Below are positions 58,038-64,000 of a DNA stretch of 64,000 nt, piece after piece. Position numbers and translations under genes: made by a program. The stretch lies in assembly GCA_036960695.1 (NCBI GenBank), contig JBALXM010000002.1, positions 32,642 through 96,641 of the forward strand. Direction: 5' to 3'. The notes beneath the pieces were generated by a model. It had not been told where the DNA came from. It saw only the letters and a program-made list of their open reading frames with translations, and ran no database searches. Numbering within the stretch: position 1 is the first letter of the stretch; every line of letters starts with the position of its first letter. The DNA comes from Sneathiella sp. Its GTDB lineage: Bacteria; Pseudomonadota; Alphaproteobacteria; Sneathiellales; Sneathiellaceae.

Positions 58038-58183
58038 TGTTTTAGGATGGTTTTCATGGCAGACATTGTTATCCGGGAATAATGGCGCCAGACTGGGAAA
58101 AGGGTGTTTTGTAGTTTTTAAAAAGGGAGCCGAAATTCGACCCCATACGAACAGTTCCCCCGCAATCGGCCTGGTGTCGTGTG

Positions 58184-58199
58184 TTAAGGTGTGATTAAC
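58184..58199 (+). promoter_or_regulatory. CtrA-binding site upstream of the Panacea-like gene
   Basis: TTAA-GGTGTGA-TTAAC, exact consensus, 47 bp before ATG 58246. Confidence 0.7.
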
Positions 58200-58245
58200 C
58201 TATAATCTGTATTTTAGTGCTTAACTTTAACAGTGTGGAATTACT

Positions 58246-58869
58246 ATGCGCCCTGCTATCAGATCTACCTTCGATATTGTCGCCTGGATTGAAGAACGAG
58301 GCGGAGACGCTGAAATTGACCTGAAAGGGCCGCTTCTTATGAAGTTGCTTTACTTATGTCAGGCAGTATACGCGAGTGAGCATAACGAGGCGAAACTGAT
58401 GCCGGCCACATTCTTGGCAACAGGCGCGGGGCCAATTGAGCCTGATATCTTTTTAGCGTTGGAGCAGGGGATCGGGTTAAGTGATCCTGTCGCCCCATCA
58501 GATCATGTAGAAGAAGTCTTACTCGCTGTCTGGAGCACTTGCTCTAACAAGACAACAGAAGAACTGGACGCGTTTTTGACGTCAGATAAAGCCTTTAATG
58601 AAGCGGTTAAAAGAGGGCGTAATTCTGAAATTCGCGTGTCCGAGATGGCCGCAGCCTATACAGGCGGTGTCTCTACTTTTATTGGGAAAACGCAAGTAAG
58701 CAAATTCCCCGATGGTTCGCCTTATAAGTCGACCCATTCAAATTTGGACGCTGTTCCCGCAGAAAATCAAGAAGTACGCTTCACCGCCGATGGCCGATCC
58801 GTGACCCGGTGGGAGCCGAAAAAACGGTTGAAGTCAAAAGATATCAAAACAATTCATAAAACTGAGTAA
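58246..58869 (+). CDS. Panacea/SocA (DUF4065)-like protein without an adjacent toxin
   Basis: DIVAWI....LMKLLYLCQAVY.....LMPATFLATGAGPIEPDI mirrors the family pattern LQKLLYYAQ...LF...F.AW..GPV.P. Confidence 0.7.
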   Translation: MRPAIRSTFDIVAWIEERGGDAEIDLKGPLLMKLLYLCQAVYASEHNEAKLMPATFLATGAGPIEPDIFLALEQGIGLSDPVAPSDHVEEVLLAVWSTCSNKTTEELDAFLTSDKAFNEAVKRGRNSEIRVSEMAAAYTGGVSTFIGKTQVSKFPDGSPYKSTHSNLDAVPAENQEVRFTADGRSVTRWEPKKRLKSKDIKTIHKTE

Positions 58870-58874
58870 AGAGC

Positions 58875-59738
58875 TCAACTCTTTCCAAACTTCTTTCTAA
58901 GTCCAGCGCAGTAGTCTTTCTCCGGCGTGGCTTCGGTTGTCCATATTGTATTGTAGAGTGAGAACTGATCTTGTTCAGAATTGAGGGCGGTTTCTTCAAT
59001 AATGCCAACAGCCAATACCTGCTGGTTGATCAGGCGCTGTTTTAAATAATAGGGCACCCCCCGATCTTTCCGAATATGCCCGTTTCCGGCAATGAGAAAA
59101 GCTTTTCCGTCCCCTTTTACTTTGAGCATTTGGGTTGCCATTAAATGATCTTTGGCAATTTGCAGGCGGCTCATGGGCTTGATCATATTTTCTGGTAGCA
59201 AGTCACAATGGCTTTCCTTAATCTGCTCATTAAGATTTGCCATTTGTCCCTCTGGCAACGCTTGAAAATCAGATTTCGAGGTCTTCATTTTCCCCATCAA
59301 TTCCTTGCGGGGGTAACTGCCATATAAAATGCGAGCCTTTGCTTCTTTTGTTATTTTAAACAAAGGGGCGTAAAAGCGCCAATCGGGCCATCCTGATTTC
59401 TCCCAATTAAGGGCTTTTTCAAGATCGGTGAAAAGGATTTCTCCTGTCAGATATTGGTCAATGACGGGCTGTTGATCTTTTGTGATCATCTCAAAAACAA
59501 CCCCATCACTGGACATTATAGAATGACGAAGAATTGCCGCCTGTACTTGATGATGGGCGGGGTTGTCGTGTTTTTCGCCAAGTAATATAAAGTCAGATTT
59601 TGAAACTCGTTTCGCCACATCTGATCCAGCAACGGCTGACGGTAACGGCGCATTAGGACCAATGGCTTCATTCGGCGCGGCGCAGGCTGCAAGGGCTAAG
59701 GCTAAGAATAGTCCAAGAAGACGAGAGGTGTTTGTCAT
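58875..59738 (-). CDS. ChaN-family (heme/iron-related) lipoprotein
   Basis: Lipobox LAAC; LLGEKHDNPAHH, FEM, GNGHIRKDRGVP. Confidence 0.85.
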   Translation of the reverse strand: MTNTSRLLGLFLALALAACAAPNEAIGPNAPLPSAVAGSDVAKRVSKSDFILLGEKHDNPAHHQVQAAILRHSIMSSDGVVFEMITKDQQPVIDQYLTGEILFTDLEKALNWEKSGWPDWRFYAPLFKITKEAKARILYGSYPRKELMGKMKTSKSDFQALPEGQMANLNEQIKESHCDLLPENMIKPMSRLQIAKDHLMATQMLKVKGDGKAFLIAGNGHIRKDRGVPYYLKQRLINQQVLAVGIIEETALNSEQDQFSLYNTIWTTEATPEKDYCAGLRKKFGKS

Positions 59739-59750
59739 TTTTGAAGTGCC

Positions 59751-61442
59751 TTAAACATAGATTACCACAAGGGCGACAGCAAATAGGATCAAAATGACCG
59801 AGACCGCGTGTCCCGATGAGATTGTTCGCGACATGGCCTGTCCTTCGCCGTGGGATTTTTCTGCTTTAGCAATTGCCCAACCGACGAACAATAAGCCAAA
59901 GATTTTGATCTGATTCCACAATTCCGAGACGATTGATGATGTTCTAATCAGAGCAACTTTTCCAACTTTTCGGTAAATCCAATCGAAATCCAGCGTGATG
60001 CTCTCTTTCATCTTCGGATAATAGCCAGTGCGAAGGGCAAGGGCGAAAATTAGCACAGCAAAAGCAATTAATTGCAGTTGGGTCACCACATGGCTTGCGG
60101 TGTAGACATGACTTTCCATCGGGGTGGGGAGCAAGGCAAAGAAGGTGGCGGGGGATAGGCCTATAACAATACCAAGTCCCGCCATCACAGCCATAGCAAG
60201 GAGCATGTGGAGAGGGGCTTCTTGAAACCGTTTACCGTTATCTTTGCTGAAAAATCCAAACAAAGGAATTTTAATACCGACATTGTCGATAACAGCGACA
60301 GCACCAAAAAGCATGACAAGCCAAAGCAAGATCATTTTCTCATCTAATGCCGCAGATAAAATCAAGGATTTGGTGGCAAACGCGCCTGTGAGCGGGGCCG
60401 CGATAATAATCAAGGCACCCAGAATAGCAAATAGACTGGTGATAGGCATGGATTTGTAAAGACCGCCTAATTCCGTCACTTTGGCTGTTCCCGTGCGATA
60501 CAACGCGGCACCGGTTACCATAAACATCAAGCAAGTATAAAGGATGCTGATGGTCGCATGAGCCGCGACACCGTTGATGGCAAGTTCGCTGCCAATTCCA
60601 ATCGCAATAACCATGAACCCTTGTTGGCTATTCAATGAATAGGCCATGGTGCGCCGTAAGTCATTTTCCAAAGTGGCATGTACGACCGGGAAAATGACCA
60701 TAACGGCCCCAATCCAGATCAGTAAATCTGTGCCAGGGAAACTGCGGGCTAGGGCGTAAATAGCTAATTTTGTGGTAAAGGCAGACAGAATAACTGTGCC
60801 GGTAACTGTGGCTTCGGGGTACGAGTCCTGCACCCAATTGTGCAACATTGGAAACGCGGCCTTGATACCAAAGGCGATTAAAAAGAGCCAAGTGGCAAGG
60901 CTGCCAAATTCCATAGTCTCGAATTTGATGCTGCCAGTATCGGCGGCATATAAGGCAATGCCCCCCAGCAAAACCACGCCAGATGTAACCTGAATGATTA
61001 AATAGCGGATGCCTGATTTGAAGCTTTGCTCGTTCCGGCTGGCCCAAATCAAAAAGACGGAAGAGACCGCCGTAATCTCCCAAAAGGCAAAAAGCGTAAT
61101 AAGGTCGCCCGCAAAGACGGCACCGATCGCAGATCCGGCATAAATCAACGTTGCCACATGCTGCACAGTATCTTTTACATGGAGGGAATAGAGAATACCC
61201 GCAAAAGCCGCCACATGAAAAATAAGCCCAAAGACACGGGAGAGTGGATCAATATGGGTGACGGTCAGTTGCATCCCCATTATCTCAAACTGTCCCCATG
61301 ATCCAAGACCTAAGGAGAGCAGCTGTGCCATCCCGAGGACGGGAAGGGCAAGAAGTAAAACCCCCCGGACGACGCCCGATGTTAAGGGGACAATTAGCGC
61401 GCCAAGGATTAAAATAATGCCGGGGTTAAGTCCCTCAATCAT
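59751..61442 (-). CDS. Mrp-type Na+/H+ antiporter MrpA/D-like subunit
   Basis: Proton_antipo_M pattern: FWEITA, GIKAAFP.LHNWVQDSYPEA, FTTK, AYSLNSQQG. Confidence 0.85.
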   Translation of the reverse strand: MIEGLNPGIILILGALIVPLTSGVVRGVLLLALPVLGMAQLLSLGLGSWGQFEIMGMQLTVTHIDPLSRVFGLIFHVAAFAGILYSLHVKDTVQHVATLIYAGSAIGAVFAGDLITLFAFWEITAVSSVFLIWASRNEQSFKSGIRYLIIQVTSGVVLLGGIALYAADTGSIKFETMEFGSLATWLFLIAFGIKAAFPMLHNWVQDSYPEATVTGTVILSAFTTKLAIYALARSFPGTDLLIWIGAVMVIFPVVHATLENDLRRTMAYSLNSQQGFMVIAIGIGSELAINGVAAHATISILYTCLMFMVTGAALYRTGTAKVTELGGLYKSMPITSLFAILGALIIIAAPLTGAFATKSLILSAALDEKMILLWLVMLFGAVAVIDNVGIKIPLFGFFSKDNGKRFQEAPLHMLLAMAVMAGLGIVIGLSPATFFALLPTPMESHVYTASHVVTQLQLIAFAVLIFALALRTGYYPKMKESITLDFDWIYRKVGKVALIRTSSIVSELWNQIKIFGLLFVGWAIAKAEKSHGEGQAMSRTISSGHAVSVILILFAVALVVIYV

Positions 61443-61704
61443 AATAATCCTCGTCGCGTTTTAAAAAACTGGAAACACTATTGGAGACACCCAATAGAAC
61501 AAGCATACAAATCATGGCGTAAAGACCATAGAAAAACGGAATTTCTTCCATCTCTGCTTTCGGATGTTTGTCATACAAAATATGAAATAACGCCAAAATG
61601 TCGGGGATCGCTAAAACAACTGTTAATGCGACCACAGCATAGAAAAGCTTGTTCACATTGCCGGGGTTATCCAGCCAGTAAGTTCTGTTATCAGAATTGG
61701 ACAT
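61435..61704 (-). CDS. Small 2-TM membrane protein within the Mrp-like operon
   Basis: WLDNPGNVNKLF..TM..HP..E.IPFFYGLY..TM..LKRDEDYYD; overlaps the downstream gene. Confidence 0.75.
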   Translation of the reverse strand: MSNSDNRTYWLDNPGNVNKLFYAVVALTVVLAIPDILALFHILYDKHPKAEMEEIPFFYGLYAMICMLVLLGVSNSVSSFLKRDEDYYD

Positions 61705-61715
61705 GATACAAATCC

Positions 61716-63224
61716 TTATGGCGTCAGGATTGGCAAGATCATTTGATAGATCGGGTCAATCAGGAAGAAAAGAATAATACAACAGAATGCCGTTAGTACT
61801 GGCGGCAATACAACAAGGGCGGGGGCCTCCCGAATGGCGCTCCATTTAAGGAAGGATTGTTCTTGGCCTAATTTCACGACAGGATCACTTTGTCCTAAAG
61901 GCGGGAAGAAGAAGCCTCGGATAACAATTGGCATCAAATACGCAATGTTAAGCAGGGAGCTTATCAACAGAACAGCCAAAATGATCAGCTGATCCGCCTC
62001 TACGGCACCTAACATTATGTAGAATTTACTCCAACTTCCCCCAAGTGGCGGAATTCCGATAATGCTCAGGCTACCAATAAAGAAGGCAAGGAAGGTGAAA
62101 GGCATGACACGACCTAGGCCGCGCATATCTTTAATCTCGGTCTTCTTGGTTGCGGTATAGATAGCCCCTGCACAGAAAAAGAGGGTAATCTTACCAAAGG
62201 CATGCATAACAATTTGCAAGGCACCACCCGCAACAGCCATTGGCGTCGCAAGGGATGCCGCGACGACAATATAGGCAAGTTGGCTGATGGTCGAATAGGC
62301 AAGCCTTGCTTTTAAATTTTCTTTTGTTAGGGCAACAACGGATGCTGCAAGTAACGTATAAGCCGCAACCCAGGTTAGCCATTCGGCAGCGCCGGTTTTT
62401 GATAAGAAATCTATACCGAAAATATAAATGATAACTTTAAGGACGGAGAAAACACCCGCTTTCACAACTGCCACGGCATGAAGCAGGGCACTGACCGGTG
62501 TTGGGGCCACCATCGCGGCCGGGAGCCAACGATGGATTGGCATTAAGGCCGCCTTACCAATGCCATACATAAACAAGAACAGGAATACGCCTGTCATGCC
62601 AGCACTGACATGGCCTTCTAAAATGCCACCGCGGGTGAACTCAACAGTCCCCGTTACAGTCCACACCCAGATAATCGCAGGCAAGAACAAGCCGATTGAC
62701 GTGCTGAGCAATATCCCAAGATAAATACGGCCGCCGCGTAATGCCGCTGCATTTCCCTTATGGGTAACCAGTGGATAGGTGGAAAGGCTCAATACTTCAT
62801 AGAAGATAAACAGTGTCAGCAAGTTACCAGAGAAAGCGACGCCCATTGTGGCGGCTATCGCAATGGCAAAGCAGACATAAAAGCGAGTTTGCTTGGACTC
62901 GCGATTACTGCGCATATATCCGATGGAATAGAGTGAATTAATAATCCATAGGGTAGAGGCGACGCAGGCGAAGGTCATTCCAAGGGGTTCAACCTTGAAC
63001 GCGACATCAAGGCCCGGCAATGTTGTGATTAAAGTCACCACCGGTTCTGCGCCATCCAAAATGGCGGGCAATATCATCATGACATTGGTAAATAACAAAC
63101 CTGCCGTTACCAGGGTGACGGTTTCTCGTAAATTGGGTGTCGATCCAAATGCCGCGATCCCGATAGCCCCAATAATCGGTATATACAGGGCGAGGGCTAC
63201 ATGCATTTCAAGGGAGAAGATCAT
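61716..63224 (-). CDS. Mrp-type antiporter MrpD-like subunit
   Basis: YEVLSLSTYPLV, GKAALMPIHRWLPAAMVAPTPVSALLHAVAVVKAG, RLAYSTISQ. Confidence 0.9.
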   Translation of the reverse strand: MIFSLEMHVALALYIPIIGAIGIAAFGSTPNLRETVTLVTAGLLFTNVMMILPAILDGAEPVVTLITTLPGLDVAFKVEPLGMTFACVASTLWIINSLYSIGYMRSNRESKQTRFYVCFAIAIAATMGVAFSGNLLTLFIFYEVLSLSTYPLVTHKGNAAALRGGRIYLGILLSTSIGLFLPAIIWVWTVTGTVEFTRGGILEGHVSAGMTGVFLFLFMYGIGKAALMPIHRWLPAAMVAPTPVSALLHAVAVVKAGVFSVLKVIIYIFGIDFLSKTGAAEWLTWVAAYTLLAASVVALTKENLKARLAYSTISQLAYIVVAASLATPMAVAGGALQIVMHAFGKITLFFCAGAIYTATKKTEIKDMRGLGRVMPFTFLAFFIGSLSIIGIPPLGGSWSKFYIMLGAVEADQLIILAVLLISSLLNIAYLMPIVIRGFFFPPLGQSDPVVKLGQEQSFLKWSAIREAPALVVLPPVLTAFCCIILFFLIDPIYQMILPILTP

Positions 63225-64000
63225 TTAACGGGCCCCCATCAAAAACTGTGCGGCTTGTTCTGAAAATCCTACATTGATTGATGTCTCGATACCAAAGTAG
63301 AAACTGCCTAAAATGAAAATCCAACAAGGGATAATAAGGGATAACGGCGCTTCACCGCCTGTGGCGCCTTCAGGGGTTGGTTGGAAATATAGTATTTCGA
63401 CAACCCGCCAGATGTAAATTACGGCAAATATGGATGACAACAAAATAGCAATGGCGAGGCCGTAGCCAATATAGTCACCGCGCTCTAACACCGCTTGTAT
63501 CAGATACCATTTACTGATGAAACCGGGGGTTAAGGGAACACCGATAAGACCAAGGCCGCCAAGGACAAAACCAAAACTGGTAATGGGCATACGTTGTCCA
63601 ACGCCGGCAAGGCTCTTAATTGATGTGGTGCCGGTGGCATAGAACATTGCGCCAACTGATAAGAAAAGGCCTGTCTTTACAATGGCATGGTTAAAAATAT
63701 GCAAAATACCAGCGGTTAAGCCCGCTTCGGTCGCGAGGGCAATGGCGATAGTGATGTAGCCCAACTGCGCAACGCTCGAAAATGCTAAAAGCCGTTTCAG
63801 GTTATCCTGAAATATTGCGACGACAGACATGCTAAGGGCCGCGATAACCCCTAAGGGCAGCAAAAGTTCAGTTAGGTAGACAGTGCCAAAACTAAAGTCG
63901 GCTCCGAATATAGTATAAATAAACCGGATCAACAGATACACAGAAACCTTGGTAGCGGTCCCTGCAAAGAAAGCGGTTACAATGTTTGGTGCGTAGGAAT
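63225..64000 (-). CDS. Mrp-type antiporter MrpD-like subunit (5'-truncated by the window edge)
   Basis: The frame is open to the window end (..SYAPNIVTAFFAGTATKVSVY..); KRLLAFSSVAQLGY, FNHAIVK, GVPLTPGFISKW. Confidence 0.88.
   Translation of the reverse strand, partial: SYAPNIVTAFFAGTATKVSVYLLIRFIYTIFGADFSFGTVYLTELLLPLGVIAALSMSVVAIFQDNLKRLLAFSSVAQLGYITIAIALATEAGLTAGILHIFNHAIVKTGLFLSVGAMFYATGTTSIKSLAGVGQRMPITSFGFVLGGLGLIGVPLTPGFISKWYLIQAVLERGDYIGYGLAIAILLSSIFAVIYIWRVVEILYFQPTPEGATGGEAPLSLIIPCWIFILGSFYFGIETSINVGFSEQAAQFLMGAR

Noticed and set aside
58080-58180. Possible structured RNA upstream of the Panacea-like gene
   Set aside because: The pairing relies on short G-U-rich helices and matches no riboswitch consensus I can verify.
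1-64000. CRISPR array, tRNA/rRNA, integron, IS or prophage
   Set aside because: I found no regularly spaced repeats, cloverleaf or rRNA signatures, attC-like sites, or transposase, integrase or phage ORFs by eye.

Overview
This is a chromosomal window from a fairly AT-rich alphaproteobacterium (GC in the low-to-mid 40s by eye). The flhB-cckA-recA synteny, alpha-type LexA boxes, CtrA boxes and VPLPA-CTERM proteins suggest a marine Rhodospirillales/Sneathiella-like organism (inference). In order it contains: yciB; an RND pump; a small HxlR/HCCA-isomerase/SDR/TetR/nitronate-monooxygenase block holding a decayed tandem duplication of a Cache gene; two divergent flagellar export clusters (fliO-fliP and flgB-flgC-fliE-fliQ-fliR-flhB) followed by cckA and recA; icd; LOG; a LysM protein; an Atm1-like ABC transporter; psd-pssA; a PadR-RND pump; a complete form II cox (coxG,S,L,M) Mo-hydroxylase locus with its maturation operon; a LysR/MBL/enoyl-CoA hydratase cassette flanked by a ~430 bp degenerate direct repeat; an orphan Panacea/SocA-like gene; chaN; and the end of an Mrp-type antiporter operon. 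I saw no rRNA, tRNA, CRISPR array, integrase or transposase. The three most interesting observations are: (1) a signal-peptide-bearing EndoU-type RNase translationally coupled to fliP, followed by a small acidic YacL-like gene and a VPLPA-CTERM remnant, a possible barnase/barstar-like pair inside a flagellar operon; (2) a toxin-less Panacea/SocA-like gene behind a perfect CtrA box; (3) a reciprocally decayed duplication with the geometry of a single-crossover integration. All family assignments come from motif recognition by eye, not database searches.
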